Origin: a virus
Taxonomy: Duplodnaviria > Caudoviricetes
DNA length: 55,955 nt
IMG/VR virus record: IMGVR_UViG_3300044904_000040
Location: 1 to 55,955 of that record
Strand: one strand, 5' to 3'
In this document: piece after piece, positions 45,410 to 54,683 of the stretch
How the letters are laid out: each line of letters starts with the position of its first letter
How positions within the stretch are numbered: position 1 is the stretch's first letter
The notes under the pieces: model-generated
What the model was told of the DNA's origin: nothing
What the model saw: only the letters and a program-made list of their open reading frames with translations
The model's database searches: none
Translations under genes and position numbers: made by a program

Positions 45410-45750
45410 TCGACCGTGCCGTATCGGTCGATTCCCATCTCATGAGCGATCATGTGGTCGATCAGGGCGGCGAAGCGATGCTGACGGATATAGGGGGCGC
45501 CGGGTGCGTCTCCTGGCTCGCCGTCGCCGGTGAAGGCCATGTCGAAGTCGTCAACGGCCTGCTGCGTGACGCCGGCGCTCTCGCAAAGCTTCATCTCGAT
45601 CAATTCGTGAATGGCGATCAAGAACTGGTCGTGCTGCGGCATTTCCTCGTTGATCTGGATCATGATCACGCCGTCGGGGGTGGTGAACCAGTCGCCGTCC
45701 GTCCGGTAGCGCATCTCGTCGGCCGGCAAAGTCTCGATCACGATTCTCAT
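45391..45750 (-). CDS. Small HExxE putative metal-binding protein
   Basis: RY.T.GDW...LIAIHELIE...GEPGD.P.APY..QH.FA. Confidence 0.7.
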   Translation of the reverse strand: MRIVIETLPADEMRYRTDGDWFTTPDGVIMIQINEEMPQHDQFLIAIHELIEMKLCESAGVTQQAVDDFDMAFTGDGEPGDAPGAPYIRQHRFAALIDHMIAHEMGIDRYGTVDWEEPK

Positions 45751-48506
45751 TGCTGCTGTCCTTTGTCGCCCATGATCATCTGCAGCCCTGGGTAAAGCAC
45801 GAATGGGGAAAGCGCGCCGCTGGGTTGTGCTAGGGATGGCTTCACAATCCCCACCATCTGCTGCTGAAAGCCTTTGTTCATCACGGCCGCGCGCGCCAGC
45901 GGGCGGATGCCGGCGGCGGCCATGAAGGCCGCGGCCTCGCCGTAGTCGCCTTTGATCAGCGATCGTGCGGCGGCCATTCCAGCGAAGGACACATCCAGCA
46001 CGCTCAAGCTCTCCACGGCGCCAAATTTCGTCGGAGTCTGGAAGGATCTTTCGAAATTGTTGGCGGCATCAGCGATCACCTTTAGGTTGCCGCCTAATGG
46101 CTTGCCGCGGTTCTGCAGGGCGGCCAGCCGGCGGGCACTCACTTGATGCGTGGCATCATTCAGAGCCGTCTCGATGTCGTAAGACTTGGCAATATTCACC
46201 CTGGCAGTGCGAACGTCATCCAACAGATGTCCCTGATTGGTCTTGGCGAGATTTCGTTCAATCAGTTCTTCCATAGCCTGTGCTGCGCCGCGTTGGGCTG
46301 TTCCGAGGGACAGGTCTTTGTAGGCCACCTGTTTGCCGCCGGGCGCGGATAGATTGGATACCGAATCCTGCCGCAGAGCCTTGATCCGTTCGATCATAGC
46401 GGTTGGACTGTAGGATGGCTTGGCCACCAGGTCCTTGAGCATCGCCTCCAATTCGGGGCTTTTCATCTGGCTGTATTCGGAGCCAGCAATTCGGGCCTCG
46501 CGTGCCAGCTTCGAAATATCGTCTTGGAATGTCTGGTCGATGGAGAAGGGCTGCTGGATGGACTTCAGCCGGCCATAGGCCAACCCTTGCATGTCGCGGT
46601 AATGCTGCAACATGTCCTTGTCGATCAAAGTCTTCTCGGGGAAGCCAAGCTCTCGGGCCGCAAGGCCATCGGTTACGGCCTGATTCTTCGCGCTGGCGAA
46701 CTGCTCCATTTTAATCTTGCCGCCAGCGCCGGCCATGATGTTTGGCAGGCTCACCTTGGCGATACTGCCTTCAGTGGCCTCGGCCGGGGGCAGGACATAT
46801 CCCACGCCGATCGCATCCTTGGCCGCTTGGCTGGGATTGATCTTGATGGCGTTGTAGAACATTCGCGGTCCGGCAAATGGCAGGACCGATGCGAGCGCGC
46901 CGGCAGTGAACTGCACCCATGGCGGGGCGCCCGATTCCTTGGCGATCGTGGAGGCTGTTGCTGAGAGGCCGCCGGCCACCATCTGCACATTGGGTTTTTC
47001 GGAAAGCGATACGGCAACGGCCTTCACCAGCGGATTGATGGCGGTTTCTGCCAGTGCTTTCGCTGCGGCTGCGCCGCTGAGTGCGTTGCCGACGCCTGCG
47101 CCTGCTGCCTGGGCTACACGCTCCGTCGCTGTCTGGGGGCGCGGTAGGCCAAGATGGTCGAGCGCCATGTCGGTGATCGTGCCAAGGGTGGCGCTCTGCG
47201 GCAGGCCAACATGGGGGGCGATCGCGTTGTAAGCTGTGGTGCCAAGGTCGGTTGCGCCGGCGAGCGCCAGTCCAGCCAAAGCGCCTGGGGGCCCAGCCAA
47301 CGCGCCACCGATGCCGCCGGCTGTCGCATAGGGAGCAAGCCCGCGCCCCAACGATCCGGCCACGCGGGCGGCGGTGGTGCGGCCGACATCTTCCGGGGCG
47401 CCCTCGGTTATGCCGCCCGGCGTTATTGGTGGGGCTGTGGGCATAGGCTCGGGGACGCCCATGATGAACTGGTCGCTGGGCGGGACTTCGGCCGCCTGGG
47501 CGCCTGGGATCAACGCATTGCCAACGGACGATGCGATCCGGCCCATCAAGGATCCGCCCTCGCCGGGCTGCGGCTGCACGTCGGATGCGGGAATGAATTT
47601 GTGGGGCACGACCTTGCCAGTGGTGCCGACAATCTCGGTGGGGTTGCCTTCGCCCTCTTTGCGGATCGCCACGGGGATCATGTCCACGCCGGCTTCCTGC
47701 GCCAGCAATGCGCGGTGGCGGCCGTCTTGATCTGTGACCTGGGCGGTGCTGCCATCCACCTTCAGGTTGAGGGAGGGGATTTCTTCCACCTTATCGCCGC
47801 GGGCAACCGATTTGGCGATCGAGCGGCCAGCCGGGGTTTGGAAGGCGTCTTTGCCGAGCGGGGGGGTCAGCGCAAGATAGTCCTCCGGTGGCATATAAAC
47901 GACGTCGGTTCCTTCGTCGGCCTCATGCTCCCGCAGTGCGTAATCGCTGAACTGATATTTGTCGGTGCCGATCCGCGGGCCGCCGCCGGCCTTGCCCTGC
48001 CACATCACCGACGCCGGCCGTTCGAATACCCGCTTAAACGAGTCCTCGGCCTCCGACACCGGCACATTTTCGTCTGTGAGGCGCTTGCGGAGCGAGGGAT
48101 ACTGTTCGCGCAATTCCTTGTCGGCAAAGGCGAACTGCGCGTCGGGACTGTTCGGGTCCAGGCCTTCCTTCTTCGCGAAGGCCTGCAGTTGATCCCATCG
48201 CTCGTTGTGGTGCTGGAACAGGCCGTGGCTGGTGCCATTGTCGCCGGTGTCCAGCGGGTTGCCGCCCGATTCCCGCATCACATTCTGCGCAACGCCGGCG
48301 GCGCCGTTGGGCGAATATCCAAGAGCGATCCCCTTCTGAACAAGCTGGTCGTAATCCAGCTTCATCGGTTTGGCCGGCGCGGCGGGACGGGGGGCCGGTG
48401 TGGGGGCGGGTGTCTGCGATGGCGGCCGGACGGTCACAGTCGGCGCCGAGAACATGACCGGGGCGGTCGGCATCGGCTCGGGCTCGCCAAGAATGAACTC
48501 GCTCAT
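45747..48506 (-). CDS. Internal virion/ejection protein with muramidase (phage tail lysozyme-like) and ParB-like domains
   Basis: AAGVAQNVMRESG...GDNGTSHGLFQ; DQDGRHRALLA...IPV; Gly/Ala-rich membrane-active segment. Confidence 0.75.
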   Translation of the reverse strand: MSEFILGEPEPMPTAPVMFSAPTVTVRPPSQTPAPTPAPRPAAPAKPMKLDYDQLVQKGIALGYSPNGAAGVAQNVMRESGGNPLDTGDNGTSHGLFQHHNERWDQLQAFAKKEGLDPNSPDAQFAFADKELREQYPSLRKRLTDENVPVSEAEDSFKRVFERPASVMWQGKAGGGPRIGTDKYQFSDYALREHEADEGTDVVYMPPEDYLALTPPLGKDAFQTPAGRSIAKSVARGDKVEEIPSLNLKVDGSTAQVTDQDGRHRALLAQEAGVDMIPVAIRKEGEGNPTEIVGTTGKVVPHKFIPASDVQPQPGEGGSLMGRIASSVGNALIPGAQAAEVPPSDQFIMGVPEPMPTAPPITPGGITEGAPEDVGRTTAARVAGSLGRGLAPYATAGGIGGALAGPPGALAGLALAGATDLGTTAYNAIAPHVGLPQSATLGTITDMALDHLGLPRPQTATERVAQAAGAGVGNALSGAAAAKALAETAINPLVKAVAVSLSEKPNVQMVAGGLSATASTIAKESGAPPWVQFTAGALASVLPFAGPRMFYNAIKINPSQAAKDAIGVGYVLPPAEATEGSIAKVSLPNIMAGAGGKIKMEQFASAKNQAVTDGLAARELGFPEKTLIDKDMLQHYRDMQGLAYGRLKSIQQPFSIDQTFQDDISKLAREARIAGSEYSQMKSPELEAMLKDLVAKPSYSPTAMIERIKALRQDSVSNLSAPGGKQVAYKDLSLGTAQRGAAQAMEELIERNLAKTNQGHLLDDVRTARVNIAKSYDIETALNDATHQVSARRLAALQNRGKPLGGNLKVIADAANNFERSFQTPTKFGAVESLSVLDVSFAGMAAARSLIKGDYGEAAAFMAAAGIRPLARAAVMNKGFQQQMVGIVKPSLAQPSGALSPFVLYPGLQMIMGDKGQQQ

Positions 48507-50842
48507 TGCTTCACCATGTTTTTCAAGCTGTTGATCGGCTTCGGGTCATTGAATCCTTGATCCAATGCCTCCCGGAACGCCGCCTTGGCATTCGGAAATT
48601 CGACATGTCCGCTCGGGCCGTCTTTGTCGAAATAAGTCATCCGCCATTTGCCAGGGGTATCAAGGTCTTTTGATACCAGAACGGCGCGTTCTGTACCTGG
48701 CTTGCTGAATTTCAGCGGAGCGCCTTCTTCGGCCCATTTTTCAGCCAAGGCTGTTTTTCGTGCAATGTTGGCCTGAGCGGCCTCAAGCAGTTTTAGAAAT
48801 TCTTCATCAGTCGTGCCTTTGATGGCCGCCGCTGTCTCTGATGTCTCCTTCGGCTCGCCCGCCTTCGCAAACATATCCCTTTCAGGTTTGGTGGCTGGTT
48901 TGGCGAACAGGCCTTCATCCGGCTTCGCCTGCTCTGCCTTCGCGGTCAGCCCGCCGCGGCCGGCTTGATCTCTGGCCGCCTGGGCCTGCTTTGCTGACGG
49001 CTCCATGCCGGGCATGGCGATCTGGTTCGGGTCGTTGACGATCGTCGGCTCGGGGGCGGCCGGCGCGGCTTTCTCCACCGGCATTTCACCGAACAGGTCG
49101 GCGCCGGTGGGGCGCGGCGGCTCGGGCGTCTCGCTGAGATCCGTCGACTCCGAATGATCCCACTTGCCTTCGTTCTGCGCGCTGATATCGGCCAGGGCAT
49201 TGACCGGCTTCGGGGCGGGCGGGGCTTCCTCGGCATTGGCCGGCAACTTCTTCGCGGCGGCGACGAACGCCTTGGTGACGGAGGCCATGCTCTTGCCGGC
49301 GGTGAGGTCTTTGGCCGCCTGGGTCAGAAGATCCGACATGCCGCCGCGTTTGGTGGCCTCGGCTTCCAACCGGGCAATCAGCATTTCGTTCTCGGCGCGG
49401 GCCTTGATGTTGCCTTCGGTCGCCAGCTTGTTCCCGGCTTCGGTCAATGCTTCTTCGCCAGTGACGGCCGCCTTGAACACGTTCTTCTGTGCCCGCAAGC
49501 TGCGCAGCGTGTTGTCCAGCACGCGGGCACGGGGCACGAACAGCGGGACTGCCTTAGCCGTGCTGCCAGTGCCGAACAGGTTGCCCTGGCCTTCATCGCC
49601 CGGGCCGGCCTGAAGGAACCCGGATCCCTGAATGTCATCGATCAACAGCTTGGTCTGCTGGTCGGTGAGCGACTCGGTCTTCTGCAGCACCTTCATGATC
49701 GCGGTTTGCTGGGCCGGATCCTTCACCATCTTGCCGACAAGGATCCCCTGCTCGGGACTCACGGCGCCGGTCTTCACCATTGACCACGCATCGTCGCCAA
49801 GGGACGCCAGGGCGCGGCCTTTCTGCACCATCGGCTCGTTCGGGGGCAGTTGGGGCAGCTTCAGATTGGGGCCGAACTCTTTGGCCGAACGCAGGATGTT
49901 CGCGGCATCCATTGGCGTGCCGCTGCCTTCGGTGATGTTCTGGTAGGCGCCAAGCGCCTTCACGTAGTCGGCCGGGTATCCGTCGGCTTCCTTGAAAACC
50001 TTGGCGTGAAGCTCAATCCCCTCCTGGCCACTGGCCTCGGCGCGCTTGGCGAGGTCAGTTCGCTGGTGGCCGTTCACCACGATGTTCTCACCGGCCTTGT
50101 TCTGCCAAACTACGATCGGAGAGGCGAGGTTCGGTTCGAACACGGTAGACGCGCTCAAGCGGCCGGTGACGCCGCGGGCGTCGGACGCCTTGTATTGCAT
50201 GAGGTCCGGGCGAAGGGTCAATTGATCGGGCCGGAACTTCACGATATCAGCGGCCGGCGGTGGCTCGGCTGGGGCCGCGGGCGCTGGCTCTGTAGGGGCT
50301 GCGGCCGGGCCCGGGGTGGTTGGTGCGGCTTCAGTCGCCGGGGCTGCTGGCGTGGCCAGACGCGGGGCCGCAGGGGGCGGTGCGGCGGGCTCGGCCGGGG
50401 TGAAAGTCAACTCGCGTGGCGGCGGTGCTGCAAGGGCTGGTTGGCCGGGCTGTGGCGGGCGATTGAACTGCGGCGGGACGTTGCCGACTCGTTCGGCCTC
50501 TACCAGCGGCGGCAGCACAGTGGGTCGGCCGAGGGACTTTACCGCACCGGGGAACAGAGAGATCGCCGCTTGGAGGTCTTGGACGTGCTGGGGGTTGTTG
50601 GGGTCGAACTGGTCGATCGGCCGGGTCCAACCGCGGATTGGTCCGCGAAGGATCTCTGGCAACGCCAATCCCATCTCGCCGGTCTTCACGTCCCGGCTGA
50701 TTGGCAGGATTTGTCCATACTCGGTGCCGGGCTTGTCCTCCAACAGCGGACGCTGCTCGGGCGTGAAGGTCAACGGCGCGGCTGTGAAGGTCAACGGCGG
50801 CGGGGCGCTCGGGGCGGGCGTGAAGGTGAGTGCATCGGCCAT
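48503..50842 (-). CDS. Internal virion/ejection protein with ParB-like domain (polyvalent-protein type)
   Basis: P..MQYK...PIVVW...IVVNGHQR..LAKR...NITEGSG..DAA. Confidence 0.7.
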   Translation of the reverse strand: MADALTFTPAPSAPPPLTFTAAPLTFTPEQRPLLEDKPGTEYGQILPISRDVKTGEMGLALPEILRGPIRGWTRPIDQFDPNNPQHVQDLQAAISLFPGAVKSLGRPTVLPPLVEAERVGNVPPQFNRPPQPGQPALAAPPPRELTFTPAEPAAPPPAAPRLATPAAPATEAAPTTPGPAAAPTEPAPAAPAEPPPAADIVKFRPDQLTLRPDLMQYKASDARGVTGRLSASTVFEPNLASPIVVWQNKAGENIVVNGHQRTDLAKRAEASGQEGIELHAKVFKEADGYPADYVKALGAYQNITEGSGTPMDAANILRSAKEFGPNLKLPQLPPNEPMVQKGRALASLGDDAWSMVKTGAVSPEQGILVGKMVKDPAQQTAIMKVLQKTESLTDQQTKLLIDDIQGSGFLQAGPGDEGQGNLFGTGSTAKAVPLFVPRARVLDNTLRSLRAQKNVFKAAVTGEEALTEAGNKLATEGNIKARAENEMLIARLEAEATKRGGMSDLLTQAAKDLTAGKSMASVTKAFVAAAKKLPANAEEAPPAPKPVNALADISAQNEGKWDHSESTDLSETPEPPRPTGADLFGEMPVEKAAPAAPEPTIVNDPNQIAMPGMEPSAKQAQAARDQAGRGGLTAKAEQAKPDEGLFAKPATKPERDMFAKAGEPKETSETAAAIKGTTDEEFLKLLEAAQANIARKTALAEKWAEEGAPLKFSKPGTERAVLVSKDLDTPGKWRMTYFDKDGPSGHVEFPNAKAAFREALDQGFNDPKPINSLKNMVKQ

Positions 50843-52689
50843 CAGGCGGCCGGGGCGTTATACGTCGCCGCTGGGACAAGCTGGTTGCCGCGCTTCATCC
50901 ATTTGCTGCCGTCGCTGGCGTTGAACACACGGCCGTCCGGGTCGCCTTCGTGACCTGGGGGCACCGGGTAAGCTGTCGGCGCCGCCGATGCCGCCGGCGC
51001 CGATGGTGCTGCCGGTTGCGTTCCGGCCGCCGGCGCGGTGGGGGGCGCCGGCTGCGTGCCGCTGCGCATCAACGGGATAAATGTGTTGTTCGGGCCGGGC
51101 ACACCAACGCGGCCGTCTGGCGCCTGGATTGCATTTGGATGCGCGGCTTTGGCAGCGGCCAGATCATCGCCGCCTCTCATCGGCACCGGCCCGGTTGGGG
51201 CAGTCGGCTTGTCCGGACCGTGGGTTTGAACTCCGGGGGGAGTGCCGTGGACGTCCTTTTTGATAGCATCCACTTCCTCGTTGTAGCCCTTGATCTTCAA
51301 CCCCATGTCGGCTTTGAGCGTGTCCACGATGGCGGGGATCTGGTCCGCTGTGGTGCCTGGGGGGATCAATGACAACGCGAGGTTTCGGGCGCTGTCAGTC
51401 GATGCTTGGGCGCCAGTTGAACCGCTCAACACCTTCGCATATTGGTCGAGCGCCGTGATCAACTGCGCCTCGTATGGCAGCACGTCAGTTCCGCCGGTCG
51501 CAGTCGAACCAGTCCGCGCCCATTTGGTGAAAAACGGCATGTGTAGCGGCTCGGGCGTCTTCGGGATCATCGTCACCATCTTGTCCAGCGCAGCGATCGT
51601 GCCCTTCTCGTAGCCTTCGGCCGCATTGCGAATGGCAGTGACCTTTCCAAGCGACGCGGTATCAGCCTTCAGCGTTGCCCGGCCTTCGATATAATCGTTC
51701 ACATCATGGCCGTTCGGGTGATCGGCATCGACATCGGCTTTGGCAAGTTTGGTCGCTTCCTCCAACACTTGATCGATCATGTATTGGTTGCGGGTGCCGC
51801 CGGGCATCTGGCCCGTGCGCAGATAGGTCCGTGCGCTAAAGTCCGCGGCATCTGGCGACAACACGGCTGCGGCCTTCTTAACTCCCTCTTTTGCCTGTGC
51901 GACGCCGCCGGCGCTGGCCGCTGCATCACGGTTGGTGACGTCACGACGGATCTGCGCACGCTGGGCCGGTGAAACCGGATACCCTTGCTTGGCTTCCTCA
52001 TCGGCCACTTGCTCAGATGTCAGCGTTTCGATATCGCGCGCCTTATCGCTAGCCATGGTTTCGGCCGGGGTTTTCGGTGGTTTTGCCGCCCGGGCCTCGG
52101 CGTCGGCCGTCCTCAATTCAGCGTTCTTCTCCTGCCAGGACAGATTCGCACGCGCCCTGGCGGGGTCGAACTTCGGGGACATCTGCGAATGGAAATCTGG
52201 ACCGGCAACACCTGATGCCTGGAATGCATCAAGCTGGTCCGTGTAATAGGCTTGGGCCTGCTGCTGCGCCTCATCAGGGGAATGTCCATCGTGAATCGCT
52301 TGGTCGTAAAGCGAGAGAGAGGTTCGGCCAATCTCCATTGCTTCCTTGGTCGCGGCTGACAGCAATTTCGATTTTTGGGCGAATTGCTTATCCTGCATAC
52401 CCTGGAGCTGCACGCTCTGATTCACACCAGCCTGCATGAGCGCCATCCCGGCCTGCGGATTGATGGCCAGGATCTCCTTCATGGCGTTGGTGGTTGGCTG
52501 TCCCGTGGCAGGATCGACAGCGCCCGGCTTTTTCAGAATGTCGTTCAGCGCATTTGTCCGGGCGGCCACGTCCTTCTGCTGCTGCAGTTGCATGGCGTCT
52601 TGCTGGATGGCCATCATCTTCTGCGGATCGGGGCCGATCTGCATCTGCGTGTTGGTAGACATCGGGATTTGGGCGAAAACACCGCTCAT
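50842..52689 (-). CDS. Internal virion/DNA ejection protein
   Basis: Gln/Ala-rich helical protein directly after the gp7-like gene. Confidence 0.7.
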   Translation of the reverse strand: MSGVFAQIPMSTNTQMQIGPDPQKMMAIQQDAMQLQQQKDVAARTNALNDILKKPGAVDPATGQPTTNAMKEILAINPQAGMALMQAGVNQSVQLQGMQDKQFAQKSKLLSAATKEAMEIGRTSLSLYDQAIHDGHSPDEAQQQAQAYYTDQLDAFQASGVAGPDFHSQMSPKFDPARARANLSWQEKNAELRTADAEARAAKPPKTPAETMASDKARDIETLTSEQVADEEAKQGYPVSPAQRAQIRRDVTNRDAAASAGGVAQAKEGVKKAAAVLSPDAADFSARTYLRTGQMPGGTRNQYMIDQVLEEATKLAKADVDADHPNGHDVNDYIEGRATLKADTASLGKVTAIRNAAEGYEKGTIAALDKMVTMIPKTPEPLHMPFFTKWARTGSTATGGTDVLPYEAQLITALDQYAKVLSGSTGAQASTDSARNLALSLIPPGTTADQIPAIVDTLKADMGLKIKGYNEEVDAIKKDVHGTPPGVQTHGPDKPTAPTGPVPMRGGDDLAAAKAAHPNAIQAPDGRVGVPGPNNTFIPLMRSGTQPAPPTAPAAGTQPAAPSAPAASAAPTAYPVPPGHEGDPDGRVFNASDGSKWMKRGNQLVPAATYNAPAA

Positions 52690-52690
52690 A

Positions 52691-53425
52691 TCAGAACATC
52701 CCTGCAAGGCTAGACATACCGCCAGCGCCGCCGCCGCCTCCGAACAATCCAGACAACATGCTCATCAGGCCATTGCCTCCGCCGGCTGCGCCAGCACCTG
52801 CCGCGGAAGTGCCCTGCTGCTGCTGCTGGGCACCTGTGAGATTGTTCAGCGCCGAGGACATGATATTGCCCTGCGCCATCGAATTGCCTGCCGCAGCCAG
52901 TCCCGAATTAATCGTGTTCTGGCCAACCTGATTGGCCATGTTGGCGCCAAACGAGCCGAGACTGTTGGCTGCGGTCTGGCCGCTACTCGCAACGCCGCCG
53001 AGATTGCCGAGATAACTCTGCCATCCCTGGTTTGCGAGCCCGCTGCCATAGGATTGAAGCGCCTTCAAGGCATTTCCGCCGCCGACGCCGCCGGTGTTTG
53101 CAGTGGCGTTCTGGACGCTGTTCAAGCCCTGCTGAAGCTGGAATTGATAGCCTGGGGATGCCTGGAATGATGCGGGGTTGATGGACCCGGCGCCGCCGCT
53201 TGTTCCAATGCCAAGCGCCGATTGAAGGGCGCTGAAAGCGTTCTGCCCTCCGGTGATGTAGGGTTGCAGGTTCCCAGCGGTTTGATTGTATTGATTTTGC
53301 TCAATATTTGAGGCGTTCAGAAGGGCGCCTTGCTCATCCTTCGCAGCGCCTTTGGCTGCATTTGAACTGATAAGAGCGCTGCCGACTGTGCCAAGCGCCA
53401 TCGCGCCCATTGTGAAAAACGGCAT
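52691..53425 (-). CDS. DNA transfer (ejection) protein, P22 gp7-like
   Basis: LQPY...G, PGYQFQLQQG, G.ALKALQ.YG.GLA.Q motifs; Gly/Ala/Gln-rich. Confidence 0.8.
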   Translation of the reverse strand: MPFFTMGAMALGTVGSALISSNAAKGAAKDEQGALLNASNIEQNQYNQTAGNLQPYITGGQNAFSALQSALGIGTSGGAGSINPASFQASPGYQFQLQQGLNSVQNATANTGGVGGGNALKALQSYGSGLANQGWQSYLGNLGGVASSGQTAANSLGSFGANMANQVGQNTINSGLAAAGNSMAQGNIMSSALNNLTGAQQQQQGTSAAGAGAAGGGNGLMSMLSGLFGGGGGAGGMSSLAGMF

Positions 53426-53531
53426 TGTTCAATCCCCCGGCCATGCCGGTCAAAGGTGTTGAAGATGCCCGCACAAGGAGTCGGTGGTGACGTCTATATC
53501 ACAATCGGCAGTTGACAATCCAGCGGGCGGG

Positions 53532-54113
53532 TTAAACCGCCACTAGCCTCGACGCCATCTCATCATCTATGTAGCCGGACAGGTCGCCGCCGCGGGCCTG
53601 CACCGCTTTCCATACCCGGACCATGTCAGCCTGGATGTTCAACCGCTGCATGATCTCGATCTGCGGCAGGCTAATTCGCGCGCCGGGCATTAGGTGTTCC
53701 AAGCAACCAGCGACGACGTGATTGTTGGTGAGGTCTGCGAAGTTCACGCGCATAACGCCATCGGCCGCACTTACGGCGCCCAAGCGTTCGTGCATCAGGT
53801 CACAGATGTTGGACCGGCGGATACCGATGCCTTCGAGCGAGGTTAGGACTTCGCCGGCGGGGCGTTCGATGATCAAAACCTGGGGGTGCCATTGGTCGAT
53901 AATCTCGCGGATCTTGAAGCTGAACCCGGAGTCCGAAATGCCGCACCATTTCTGCCGCGCCGAATCCCAAAGCGATGCGGCGGCCTGCCATGTCCGATAA
54001 TCTGAGGACGGTTCATGGTAGCAGATCGAGCCGTCTACCGTGCTGCACATCGCTGCAAACCAAGCCGTCCGCGAGCGCGGCAGGCCGGTGATCAGGTAAG
54101 GAAGCGCCATCAC
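53532..54113 (-). CDS. Sulfotransferase-like / P-loop protein
   Basis: YLITGLPRSRTAW...CYHEP resembles the PAPS 5'-phosphosulfate-binding loop. Confidence 0.7.
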   Translation of the reverse strand: MMALPYLITGLPRSRTAWFAAMCSTVDGSICYHEPSSDYRTWQAAASLWDSARQKWCGISDSGFSFKIREIIDQWHPQVLIIERPAGEVLTSLEGIGIRRSNICDLMHERLGAVSAADGVMRVNFADLTNNHVVAGCLEHLMPGARISLPQIEIMQRLNIQADMVRVWKAVQARGGDLSGYIDDEMASRLVAV

Positions 54114-54451
54114 GACACCAAAGTTCCGGCAAGGGGTGAAACGGTCACGACGCCCGTCGTGTCCGCGAGGAATTGATAGGTGCCGCCGGCGCCCAACACC
54201 GGCAAGGCGACGTCTTGATGGGTGTTGGGGGCGATGGGCTCGGCGTTCATGAAGCAGTTGCCGACGCCAGGACTTCCGGCGGACGGAACCGCATAGGCGG
54301 TCACTGCATGGCCAGCGACGTCGGTGTTCGTCATTCGCACCACGCCGCCGCTGAGAATGATGGTGGCGGGAGTGCCCGGCACGGTGAGCAACGATACCGC
54401 ACCGGCGGTCAACTGCGTGGGATTGAAAAGCGTGGCGGTTTGCACGGGCAT
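54110..54451 (-). CDS. Small virion structural protein
   Basis: Beta-rich 113 aa protein; GAAGGA RBS. Confidence 0.7.
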   Translation of the reverse strand: MPVQTATLFNPTQLTAGAVSLLTVPGTPATIILSGGVVRMTNTDVAGHAVTAYAVPSAGSPGVGNCFMNAEPIAPNTHQDVALPVLGAGGTYQFLADTTGVVTVSPLAGTLVS

Positions 54452-54473
54452 AATGCCGATCCTTCGGTAGTGG

Positions 54474-54683
54474 TCAGCCGATGATCATGGTTATGACATA
54501 TCGAACGGAAATAATCAGGGGGGTTTTCGGATTGAGCCGTGTGCGTCTTTGCGATTCCTCGTCATCAACAGCCGACGCCTGCATCTGCAAAACCCGACGC
54601 CAGGGTGAGATGAACGTGGTGAACGCCTGCGATGGCGGAAGGCCCGAGATCGGCGCACCCGAAAGGGGATAGGACCCGAGCAT
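54474..54683 (-). CDS. Small tail-associated protein
   Basis: MLGSYPLSGAPIS N-terminal motif typical of phage tail-fibre-associated genes. Confidence 0.55.
   Translation of the reverse strand: MLGSYPLSGAPISGLPPSQAFTTFISPWRRVLQMQASAVDDEESQRRTRLNPKTPLIISVRYVITMIIG

Noticed and set aside
53490-53520. Shared TGTGATA late-promoter motif (also at ~17633-17640, minus strand)
   Set aside because: Only two short occurrences noticed; could be chance without a motif search
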